From positions 66,334 through 130,333 of the forward strand of contig JBAWWL010000003.1 in the NCBI GenBank assembly GCA_037146775.1: a stretch of 64,000 bases of DNA, read 5' to 3'. Below are positions 39,901 to 48,484 of this stretch, in pieces; position 1 is the first letter of the stretch, and each line of letters begins with the position of its first letter. Source of the stretch: Candidatus Omnitrophota bacterium (GTDB taxonomy: Bacteria > Omnitrophota > Gorgyraeia > Duberdicusellales > 4484-171). The notes under the pieces were generated by a model, which had not been told where the DNA came from, searched no databases, and saw only the letters and a program-made list of their open reading frames with translations. Both the position numbers and the translations under genes were made by a program.

Positions 39901-40580
39901 GTAGAGTAGCTAAATATGATGAATATTCTATGGATCTTTCTAAAGTATACTATCGAAAGATAATAAGGGAAGTAACTCAATTCTTAAAGAAAGGAACTAT
40001 TTTAGATGTTGGATGCTATGATGGTAGTCTTGGGGAAATTTTTTTGAATAAAGGTTACGAGGTTTATGGTATAGAAGCGCATGATGGGGCTTGTACTAAG
40101 GCTTGTCAAAAAGGTATAAGGGTGATCAAGAAAAATATTGAAGAAGGAATGCCATGGGAACAAGATTCCTTTGATTGTGTTATAGCCGCAGAAATAATAG
40201 AGCATCTATATGATACCGATCGATTCCTCAATGATATAAAAAGAGTGCTTAAGAAAGACGGTATTCTTGTGATGTCAATTCCAAATGTAGCATGTTTTAC
40301 AAATCGTTTAAAATTATTATTGGGTAGTTACCCAAGATATTGTGAGTATCAGGCTGGTGAGGGTGGAGGGCACATAAGAGTATATACGCTTAAAGCGATA
40401 AAAGATCAGCTTGTACAACGCGGGTTTGAGGTGTTGGCGGCGAGCGGAGCTAATTTTCCTCTTCCTATGCATGTAAAAGCTATACCACTTTTTATAAAAA
40501 AAATTGCTATTGGTTTAGGAGACTATACTCCGGGGCTCGCTGGGCAGATTATAATAACTGCACGTAACCGTAAGGTATGA
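39879..40580 (+). CDS. Class I SAM-dependent methyltransferase
   Basis: ILDVGCYDG, FDCVIAAEIIEHL, GHIRVYT; SD GAGGAGG. Confidence 0.85.
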   Translation: MESDHRYSRVAKYDEYSMDLSKVYYRKIIREVTQFLKKGTILDVGCYDGSLGEIFLNKGYEVYGIEAHDGACTKACQKGIRVIKKNIEEGMPWEQDSFDCVIAAEIIEHLYDTDRFLNDIKRVLKKDGILVMSIPNVACFTNRLKLLLGSYPRYCEYQAGEGGGHIRVYTLKAIKDQLVQRGFEVLAASGANFPLPMHVKAIPLFIKKIAIGLGDYTPGLAGQIIITARNRKV

Positions 40581-40622
40581 GATAGGTTCTTTTTGTAGAT
40601 AGAAAAACTCATAATAGGTGAT

Positions 40623-41555
40623 ATGAAAGTTAATATCGCGATACTTAATTATAACGGTATAAACCTTTTAAAAGAATGTTTGCCGAGCATTATTGCTGCA
40701 CGCCGGGTGAGTAAACAGGAATGTGCAGTGACAGTTTTAGATAATCAAAGTACTGACGCAAGCGTAAATTTCTTAAAAGACAATTTTTCAGAAATTGGTA
40801 TATATATTGCCAAAGAGAACAAAGTACTTTGCTCGTTTAATGAATTTGCCAGTAAATCCGATGCAGACATACTAATTTTATTGAATAATGATATTAAAGT
40901 TGATGAACATTTTGTTGATCCTCTCGCAGATATTTTTCAAAAACATAGCGATGCGTTCTTAGTGGGGCCAAAATGTTTAATGTTCGATAATAAAACTTAC
41001 GATGGTTCTAGGTCTTTATGGTGGATAGATAAAGGTATATTTAAAGCAAGTTCGCGTTATAAGGGTTTCGAAAAAGATATAGATATTGAAGGGTACACAA
41101 TGCAATCAGGTTTTGGCGCTTTTGACAGGAAGAAATTTCTGGAGTTAGGCGGATATGACGATCTTTATCTGCCTGGAATTATGGAAGACGCAGATTTGTG
41201 TTATAGGGCATGGAAAGCAGGACACAAGAGTTATTATCAGCCGAAAAGCTTGGTTTTTCATATGGGGCAAGCAAGTTTTAAAAAGGAATTTGGTTCGCGA
41301 AAAATTATGGAATTAGCCCACAGAAACACATTTTTGTTTATGTGGAAAAATATAAGAGATGTACGTGTTTGGGCGTCGCATTTTTTTTGGCTACCACTGA
41401 GGATTTTTTATTCGGTACTTACCAACAAAAGAGAATTTGTGACGGGTTTTATGAAAGCTTTACCTAAGTTTAAGCAAGCTTTTCAAAAAGGCAATATTTC
41501 CACAAAGTACCTATTGAATGACCAGGAATTATTTAAAATTTCAAAAAATATATAA
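40623..41555 (+). CDS. GT2 glycosyltransferase (WbbL-like)
   Basis: ILNYNG, LDNQSTD, LLNND, GGYDD, EDADLCYRAW. Confidence 0.85.
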   Translation: MKVNIAILNYNGINLLKECLPSIIAARRVSKQECAVTVLDNQSTDASVNFLKDNFSEIGIYIAKENKVLCSFNEFASKSDADILILLNNDIKVDEHFVDPLADIFQKHSDAFLVGPKCLMFDNKTYDGSRSLWWIDKGIFKASSRYKGFEKDIDIEGYTMQSGFGAFDRKKFLELGGYDDLYLPGIMEDADLCYRAWKAGHKSYYQPKSLVFHMGQASFKKEFGSRKIMELAHRNTFLFMWKNIRDVRVWASHFFWLPLRIFYSVLTNKREFVTGFMKALPKFKQAFQKGNISTKYLLNDQELFKISKNI

Positions 41556-42868
41556 TGGCAAAGATATCTACAATAACACTAACATATAATGAAGAAGCTG
41601 ACATAGAAAGATGTTTACGGTCATTACAGTGGGTTGACGAAACAATTGTGATTGATTGTTTTAGTTCAGACAAAACAGTAATAAAAGCAAAGCCGTTATG
41701 TACGCGGATTATCCAGCAAAATATGACAGATTTTTCTGCCTTAAGGAATTTTGGAATTCAAGAAGCCAAAAATACATGGGTTTTGATGGTAGACGCAGAC
41801 GAGATCGTCCCTCCGGAATTAGCAAAAGAAATTAGAGAAGCCATTAATATCGACGCATTTAATGGTTATTATTTGCGTAGAATCAATTATATGTATGGAA
41901 AAGAGTTGTGCTATGATCAGCCTGATTATCATCTACGGCTTTTTAGAAAGGAGGAGGCAAGTTACTTATATAAAGTACACGAAGTAGCCGTAGTTACAGG
42001 TAAAGTGTGTCGACTAAAAAATAATTTTTTGCATTATTCTATGAAAAACATAAACGAACATGTGCAGAAAATGAATACTTATACTACTTTAGCCGCCGCA
42101 CAAAGGCACGGTGCAAACATTAGTTTATTTATAAAACCTTTTTATAGATTCGCTCAGCATTTTTTTTTAAAAAGAGCCTGCCGAGATGGCATGTTAGGGC
42201 TCATCTTAAGTTTAAAAGCGTTTTTTTATGAATTTTTAGTTTTATTCAAAATATGGGAAAGAAAAGTTTTATCAAGAACCTGGCCTGAGTTCTATGAAAA
42301 TGTAAATATTGAACAGGAAATAATCCAACAAGCGAATGTTCATAAAGAATTTATCAAGACTCTTCTCTCTGACAGGCCAAGAAAATTTTTAGAAGTAGGT
42401 AGTGGTGCCGCGTCCATTTCGTTTTCTATCTTAAAACAAAATCGCATAAATCTCATAACAGTAGATAACCGATTGGAAATACTGAAAAGTATTGTTAATA
42501 ATGCCCAGAAATTAGGCCTACATATTGCAGTGGTGTGTGCAGATGCATTCAGGTTGCCTTTTAAGAAAGATAGCGTTAACGTTACTTTTTCTCAAGGATT
42601 ACTCGAGCATTTTGATGATTCCGATATCTGCAAAATACTAGATGAACAATTAAGAATTAGTGATTCTAGTGTTGTGTTTAGTGTTCCTAATAACCATTAT
42701 CGGAGAAAAGATTTTGGTAATGAACGACTTTTGTCAAAAATACAATGGGAGTTCCTGCTTAAGAACTACAAGTTATTAGAAAGTAGAAATTATTATTATC
42801 TTTCCACGAAAAGAAATTTTTTATTTAAGCTTCCTTTGATGTATATGTGCAAACTAAAAAAAAGATGA
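41555..42868 (+). CDS. GT2 (WaaE/KdtX-like) fused to a C-terminal SAM methyltransferase
   Basis: TYNEE, VDADE, VHE, YTTL; C-term LEVGSG, ADAFRLPF, SQGLLEHF. Confidence 0.75.
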   Translation: MAKISTITLTYNEEADIERCLRSLQWVDETIVIDCFSSDKTVIKAKPLCTRIIQQNMTDFSALRNFGIQEAKNTWVLMVDADEIVPPELAKEIREAINIDAFNGYYLRRINYMYGKELCYDQPDYHLRLFRKEEASYLYKVHEVAVVTGKVCRLKNNFLHYSMKNINEHVQKMNTYTTLAAAQRHGANISLFIKPFYRFAQHFFLKRACRDGMLGLILSLKAFFYEFLVLFKIWERKVLSRTWPEFYENVNIEQEIIQQANVHKEFIKTLLSDRPRKFLEVGSGAASISFSILKQNRINLITVDNRLEILKSIVNNAQKLGLHIAVVCADAFRLPFKKDSVNVTFSQGLLEHFDDSDICKILDEQLRISDSSVVFSVPNNHYRRKDFGNERLLSKIQWEFLLKNYKLLESRNYYYLSTKRNFLFKLPLMYMCKLKKR

Positions 42869-43950
42869 TAAAAGTTGGTATCGACATACAATCAACCTTA
42901 GGCAAAAAAACGGGAATCGGCTATTATACAAAAAATTTGGTGGAACACATAAAAGATTATAAAGACCTTGAACTCTATTTTTATCAAGACCCCGTGAAGC
43001 ATGATTATAATACATTGCAGAGAATGCTGTGGGAAAATATCCGTGTTTCTAGGTATGCAAGGAATAGCAAAATCGACTTGCTGCACGTTCCTGGGTTTGC
43101 TGGGCCATTAGCGAAAGGAAAATATCAAAAAATTACTACCGTTCATGATCTAATCGGAATGATTTACCCTGATAATCTTGGTTACGCCAGCCGTTTTTAT
43201 TGGCAAAAGTGGCTCCCGTGTTGCATTAAAAATTCGGATTGTATTATCGCTGATTCACAGAATACCAAGGCGGATATTATAAAATTTTTGGATATTGTAC
43301 CCGATAAAATAAGAGTAATTCCGCTTGCTGTAGATTCTTACTTTAAGTCAATAGAGAAGTCCGATAATTATCGAACATTACTAAAAAAATATGGCATAAC
43401 CGGAAAATATATTTTGAATGTCGGTACCATCGAGCCACGTAAAAATATACCTATGCTTATAGAGTCTTTTTCTGACTGTCTGAAAGAAACGAACTTGGAT
43501 GGCATTGTTCTTGTTATTGTCGGCAAGAAAGGGTGGGATTATAAGCGATGCTACCAGAAAGTATTAGATTTAAATCTTAAGGATAGAATTGTGTTTTGTG
43601 ATTATATTTCCGAAGAACACCTTTCCATATTATATAACTTTGCCGAAGCATTTGTTTACCCATCTTTATATGAAGGGTTTGGTTTACCTGTGTTAGAGGC
43701 CATGAGTTGTGCTGTGCCCGTAATATGCTCTGAAACTTCTTCGTTGCCGGAGATAACCGGTAAATCCGCGATACTTATCGACCCGAATAATCGAGATATG
43801 CTTAAAAATGCGCTATTGAAACTGTTGACTGATGAAAAACTAAAGAATGAAATGTCATGTAAAGCGCTTGAGGAATCAAAAAAATTTTCTTGGAAGAAAA
43901 CAGCACTAGAAACCATTAAAATATACCGAGAGGTATATAATGAAGCTTAG
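42865..43950 (+). CDS. GT4 glycosyltransferase (MtfB-like)
   Basis: TGIGYY, TVHDL, VGTIEPRKN, PSLYEGFGLPVLEAM. Confidence 0.9.
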   Translation: MIKVGIDIQSTLGKKTGIGYYTKNLVEHIKDYKDLELYFYQDPVKHDYNTLQRMLWENIRVSRYARNSKIDLLHVPGFAGPLAKGKYQKITTVHDLIGMIYPDNLGYASRFYWQKWLPCCIKNSDCIIADSQNTKADIIKFLDIVPDKIRVIPLAVDSYFKSIEKSDNYRTLLKKYGITGKYILNVGTIEPRKNIPMLIESFSDCLKETNLDGIVLVIVGKKGWDYKRCYQKVLDLNLKDRIVFCDYISEEHLSILYNFAEAFVYPSLYEGFGLPVLEAMSCAVPVICSETSSLPEITGKSAILIDPNNRDMLKNALLKLLTDEKLKNEMSCKALEESKKFSWKKTALETIKIYREVYNEA

Positions 43951-44626
43951 CATTTTAATACCGGTATATAATGAACGCGAAACTATCCTTCCCATATTAA
44001 AGATTATTAAAGATGTTTGTGTGGACAAGGAAATAATTATCGTTGATGATTGTTCTAGCGACGGAACGAGGGAGTTACTTTTAAAAAACTTTGGAAATGG
44101 TCGAGAAAATTTAAAAATAATATATCAAGACGTAAATCAAGGCAAAGGATCAGCGATTAAGGCGGCGCTTGCTCAAGCGAAAGGAGAATACGCTATTATT
44201 CAAGACGCCGACATGGAATACGATCCTAACGACTATATACTTCTTATGGAGGCAATTACAAAAAATAATACCGACGTTGTTTACGGCTCAAGATTTAAAA
44301 AAACATGGAAGAATACTTCTTGGTGGCATTTTCTAGGCAATATTTTTTTAACAGCTGTTACAAATATATTGTATGGTTCCAGGCTTACAGACATGGAAAC
44401 TTGCTATAAGTTGATACGTGCAGATATTTTTAGAGATCTTAACATACAGTCAAAACGCTTTGAAATTGAGCCGGAAATTACCGCAAAATTAATTAAAAAA
44501 GGTTATAAAATTATTGAGGTTCCGATTTCATATAGGGGTAGAGGATATCATGAAGGGAAAAAGATTGGCTGGAAAGATGGTTTTGCTACTATAGCCACTC
44601 TTTTTAAGTACAAATTCAAGCAATGA
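43940..44626 (+). CDS. GT2 DPM1-like polyprenol-phosphate glycosyltransferase
   Basis: IPVYNE, QDADMEYDP, LTDMETCYK, FEIEPEIT, EGKKIGWKDG. Confidence 0.9.
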   Translation: MKLSILIPVYNERETILPILKIIKDVCVDKEIIIVDDCSSDGTRELLLKNFGNGRENLKIIYQDVNQGKGSAIKAALAQAKGEYAIIQDADMEYDPNDYILLMEAITKNNTDVVYGSRFKKTWKNTSWWHFLGNIFLTAVTNILYGSRLTDMETCYKLIRADIFRDLNIQSKRFEIEPEITAKLIKKGYKIIEVPISYRGRGYHEGKKIGWKDGFATIATLFKYKFKQ

Positions 44627-44627
44627 G

Positions 44628-45752
44628 ATGAGGTATGTTTTTAAAAAAGTTAGATATAAATTTCTTGTATTTATAATAGATTCTTTAGGCTACGTCATTT
44701 TTTTCTTCCCTCGTTTCTTCAAAAAAAATACCCCATTATCACCCAAGAAAATACTTGTGGTACGCGTGGATCACATAGGTGATTTTGTGTGCACACTACC
44801 TGTTTTTGAGAATCTAAAATTAAACTTTCCTCAGAGCAAAATCAGTGTTTTAATCAACTCTTCCTCAGTATCCTTAGCAAAACTTAGTCCGCATATTGAC
44901 GAAATAATTTCGGTTAACCCATTTTGGATGCAAAGGGGTAACAAACGCCTTTCTTTTAGGGAGATATTTAAAGTAATACGTGAACTGCGTGAACAAAATT
45001 TTGATTTAGGTTTTGATATGCGCGGAGATTTTTTCTCAATTGCGCTTATGTTTTTAGGCAGAGTAAGGTATAGGGTGGGGTATGCGGTTACTGGGGGAGG
45101 GTTCTTATTAGGTAAGAATGTTTTATATACTAAGAATATAAATACGGTCGAGCGTAATTTTAATCTATTAAGAAATATCGGCGTTCCGATAAAAAAATCG
45201 AGCATCGAACTTAAATTTAGCGATGAAGATAAAAATATAGTTATGTGTATGTTGCAAGACCTATCACTTAAAGAGCAAAAATCCGTTATTTTACATCCTT
45301 TTGCCGGTACTAAAGCAAAACAATGGAGTGTAAGTAAATTTCAAGAGTTAATTGATCAGCTGCGAAAAGCAAATTTTAATATTTTTGTTATTGGTACCAA
45401 AACCGATACAGAACATTATGATGGAGTATGTGATGTGCGAGGTAGATTTGCCTTATCGCAACTAGCATTTTTTATAAAACATGTAGGGTTTTTTATCGGG
45501 CTTGATTCCGGCCCAGCAAATATCGCTGCCGTACTTGATGTACCGACAATAGTAATTTGTTCCGGCACGAATATCCCAGAGCGCTGGATATTTATCGGCA
45601 AAAATGTTAAGCTGGTTTATCGTGATACCGATTGTAAGCCTTGTGAGCTTAAGATTTGCCCTAAAAACAAGCATTATTGTATGGAGGATATTGGGGTGGG
45701 GGAGGTCATGGGTGAGGTGGATAGGTTGATAGGTGGGTATGTTGATAAGTGA
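44628..45752 (+). CDS. GT9 LPS heptosyltransferase-like
   Basis: DHIGD, HPFAG..AKQW, GLDSGPAN, CKPC...CM; C-terminus encoded by an octamer array. Confidence 0.85.
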   Translation: MRYVFKKVRYKFLVFIIDSLGYVIFFFPRFFKKNTPLSPKKILVVRVDHIGDFVCTLPVFENLKLNFPQSKISVLINSSSVSLAKLSPHIDEIISVNPFWMQRGNKRLSFREIFKVIRELREQNFDLGFDMRGDFFSIALMFLGRVRYRVGYAVTGGGFLLGKNVLYTKNINTVERNFNLLRNIGVPIKKSSIELKFSDEDKNIVMCMLQDLSLKEQKSVILHPFAGTKAKQWSVSKFQELIDQLRKANFNIFVIGTKTDTEHYDGVCDVRGRFALSQLAFFIKHVGFFIGLDSGPANIAAVLDVPTIVICSGTNIPERWIFIGKNVKLVYRDTDCKPCELKICPKNKHYCMEDIGVGEVMGEVDRLIGGYVDK

Positions 45753-45769
45753 TTAAGTTAGTAGGTGGG
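45714..45769 (+). repeat. Octamer array TA(G/T/A)GT(T/G)(G/A)N x7, left arm before the four-helix-bundle gene
   Basis: gaggtgga taggttga taggtggg tatgttga taagtgat taagttag taggtggg. Confidence 0.85.
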
Positions 45770-45786
45770 TGAATAAGGAGAGTGTC

Positions 45787-46143
45787 ATGGGCGGGAGTTG
45801 GAAAGATTTGGATGTTTGGCGGGAGAGTCATTCTTTAGTTTTACAATTGTACAAATTGGTGAGTACTTTTCCGGCCACAGAAAGATATGCCTTGGTCGAT
45901 CAAATAAAACGGGCGGCATATTCTATACCAGCAAATATTGTTGAAGGCCACTCAAGAAACAGTAAGAAGGAATTTCAACGTTATCTTTATATCTCTAGAG
46001 GTTCCCTAGAGGAGTTAAGGTATTTCTTGTTGTTGGCGAAAGACTTGCATTATATCGATGATGTAATCCATAAAGAATATGAAGATAAATTATCGCGGGT
46101 AAGTAAAATGTTGAATGGTTTGATAAGGTCTTTAACATACTAA
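45787..46143 (+). CDS. Four helix bundle protein (TIGR02436 / 23S rRNA IVS protein-like, Avd-related fold)
   Basis: WKDLDVW, FPATERYALVDQIKRAAYSIPANIVEG, YISRGSLEE, MLNGLI; SD AAGGAG. Confidence 0.9.
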   Translation: MGGSWKDLDVWRESHSLVLQLYKLVSTFPATERYALVDQIKRAAYSIPANIVEGHSRNSKKEFQRYLYISRGSLEELRYFLLLAKDLHYIDDVIHKEYEDKLSRVSKMLNGLIRSLTY

Positions 46144-46172
46144 CATAATAACCTATTAACATAACAACTAAG
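46133..46172 (+). repeat. Octamer array (T/C)AAC(A/C)TAN x5, right arm, inverted relative to 45714-45769
   Basis: taacatac taacataa taacctat taacataa caactaag, ending 3 nt before the next ATG. Confidence 0.85.
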
Positions 46173-46175
46173 CCA

Positions 46176-47249
46176 ATGAAAATATTCTTTGATGCTAGAA
46201 TGATTGCGCATGCCGGAATCGGTAGGTATATTCGGGGAATATTGCCGGAGATTGCCAAAGATAAGTCTATTGAATTGTGCTTATTAGGTAACCGAATCCT
46301 TATTGAAAAATTCTTTGATGCACAAAATAGAGTTATTGATTTTAATTATCCTATCTATTCTATCCAAGAACAAATAGGTTTCAAAAAGCTAAAAAGTACC
46401 ATTGGCGACAATCTTCTTCATGTCCCTCACTACAACATTCCGGTTTTTGCACCGTACAATTTGGTTGTAACCATCCATGATCTAATCCATATTCTCTATC
46501 CACAAGGAGCAAGCAGCTATTTTGCGCGTTTCTATATGAATTTTATGATTAGAAAGGTTTTGAGTATGGCAAAAAAAGTGATATGTGTTTCTGGTCACAC
46601 TAAAGAAGCTATTTGTCATAATTATCATGTAGCCGGCACAAATTTGGAGGTAGTTGGGGAAGGCGTTGATGGTAGTTTTTCAAAGATAACAGACGAGGGC
46701 TTTCTGGACGCCATTAAACAGAAATATCACTTACCGGGTAAATTTATTCTGTATGTCGGCAGCATCCGTAAGCACAAGAATATTACAATGCTTTTAGAAG
46801 TATTTTCAAAAATCAGAAAAGAAATGCCCGAGGTATCTTTAGTTCTTGTTGGTAAACTTTCTCAATCCTTTGATTTGAAGCTCGATGGCGTGCATTATCT
46901 GGGCGAGGTCCCTGACGACAAGGAATTAGCAGCAATATATAATCTTTCTTCTGTATTTTGTAATCTCTCGCTTTTTGAGGGTTTTGGCTTAACTATTCTG
47001 GAAGCACAGGCTTGTGGCGTGCCAATAGTTTGTAGCGATATAGCGGTACATCGGGAGACTGGAGGAAACGGTATTCTGGCGGTTCCTCCAAGTAATGTTG
47101 ACCAGATAGCACAAGCTCTATATAATGTTTTAACTAAACAAACCTTTCAAGACATTCTTATCAAGAATGGGCTTGAGAATGTGCAGCGATTCAGCTGGCA
47201 GAAAGCATCCGAAAGGGTGGTAGAGTTATATAGGTTGGTAGGTGGATAG
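46176..47249 (+). CDS. GT4 glycosyltransferase
   Basis: AGIGRY, TIHDL, VGSIRKHKN, EGFGLTILEA. Confidence 0.9.
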   Translation: MKIFFDARMIAHAGIGRYIRGILPEIAKDKSIELCLLGNRILIEKFFDAQNRVIDFNYPIYSIQEQIGFKKLKSTIGDNLLHVPHYNIPVFAPYNLVVTIHDLIHILYPQGASSYFARFYMNFMIRKVLSMAKKVICVSGHTKEAICHNYHVAGTNLEVVGEGVDGSFSKITDEGFLDAIKQKYHLPGKFILYVGSIRKHKNITMLLEVFSKIRKEMPEVSLVLVGKLSQSFDLKLDGVHYLGEVPDDKELAAIYNLSSVFCNLSLFEGFGLTILEAQACGVPIVCSDIAVHRETGGNGILAVPPSNVDQIAQALYNVLTKQTFQDILIKNGLENVQRFSWQKASERVVELYRLVGG

Positions 47250-47347
47250 GTTGGCATGTTAGTAGGTTATGGCATTACCAACGTTAAATTTTTACGTATC
47301 AACATAACAACTTAACAACATATTAATCTAACAATATAACAACCAAA
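47231..47347 (+). repeat. 'Empty' inverted octamer-array pair, same unit as the pair around the four-helix-bundle gene
   Basis: taggttgg taggtgga taggttgg catgttag taggttat -29 bp- caacataa caacttaa caacatat taatctaa caatataa caaccaaa ATG. Confidence 0.9.
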
Positions 47348-48484
47348 ATGAAAATAGCGATAGTCCATGATTGGTTAACCGGTATGCGCGGCGGAGAAAA
47401 ATGTTTGGAGGTATTTTGTGAACTTTTTCCGCAGGCTACCATATTTACCCTTTTACACAACAAAGGTTCTGTTTCTAGAATTATTGAAAGTATGAAAATT
47501 AAAACTTCTTTTATGCAGCATTTACCAAAAGCAAACATGCATTACAGAAATTACCTTCCTTTGTTTCCAAGGGCGGTTGAGAGTTTTGATTTAAAAGAAT
47601 TTGATTTCGTTTTGAGCTCAAGTCACTGTGTTGCTAAGGGTGCGCGAAAACCACCGCAGGCAAAACATCTTTGTTACTGTTATACCCCGATGCGTTATGC
47701 CTGGTTTTTTTTTGAACAATATTTTGGCTCGTATCCTTCTTGGAAGAAGAAAATTGTGCAAGCTACTACCGAATACCTGAAAAAATGGGATTTGGCGACT
47801 CTTAATAGAGTGGATGAATTTATGGCTATATCAGAGACAGTCAAGGAAAGGATACATACGATATATAACCGGGGGGCAGAAGTGATTTATCCACCCGTTG
47901 ACATTGAAAACTTTCAGGCAGATTCTCGTAGTGCACAAGATTTTTACTTATGTGTATCTTCGTTAGTCCCGTACAAGCGGATAGACGTTATTATTGAAGC
48001 GTTTAATCAAATGCCCGATAAAAAACTCATTATTGTCGGCGATGGTCATCTGCGCAAGGATCTCGAACAAAGAAAAATATCCAAGAATATAAACCTCTTG
48101 GGATGGCTTCCTCAAAAAGATTTAGTCTCTCTCTACCGCCAAGCATGCTGTTTCGTATATGCGGCTGAGGAAGATTTTGGCATCGCACCAGTAGAGGCTC
48201 AAGCCTCTGGCGTGCCTGTCGTAGCTTATGGTAAAGGCGGAGTAACCGAAACAGTTGTTGCGCTAAATGCTACCGCTGCGAAACAACATCCTACGGGATT
48301 ATTCTTTGATAAACAGACTAGTAGCTCCTTGATTGCGGCGATAGAACTGTTTGAAAAAATGAAACAGGAGTTTAGTTCGGAAACGATAAGACAGCACGCG
48401 TTGCAATTCTCACGGCAGCATTTTAAAGAAAGAATACAGGAATATATACACCAAAAAATAGGCAGTTATTGCTATGTTAACTAA
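47348..48484 (+). CDS. GT4 glycosyltransferase (WbaZ-like)
   Basis: HDWLTGMRGGEK, YTPMRYAW, EEDFGIAPVEAQASG. Confidence 0.9.
   Translation: MKIAIVHDWLTGMRGGEKCLEVFCELFPQATIFTLLHNKGSVSRIIESMKIKTSFMQHLPKANMHYRNYLPLFPRAVESFDLKEFDFVLSSSHCVAKGARKPPQAKHLCYCYTPMRYAWFFFEQYFGSYPSWKKKIVQATTEYLKKWDLATLNRVDEFMAISETVKERIHTIYNRGAEVIYPPVDIENFQADSRSAQDFYLCVSSLVPYKRIDVIIEAFNQMPDKKLIIVGDGHLRKDLEQRKISKNINLLGWLPQKDLVSLYRQACCFVYAAEEDFGIAPVEAQASGVPVVAYGKGGVTETVVALNATAAKQHPTGLFFDKQTSSSLIAAIELFEKMKQEFSSETIRQHALQFSRQHFKERIQEYIHQKIGSYCYVN

Noticed and set aside
45787-46143. Diversity-generating retroelement suggested by the Avd-like protein
   Set aside because: No reverse transcriptase and no TR/VR pair differing at adenines seen in the window
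45787-46143. 23S rRNA intervening sequence
   Set aside because: The flanks are glycosyltransferase genes and no rRNA sequence is present
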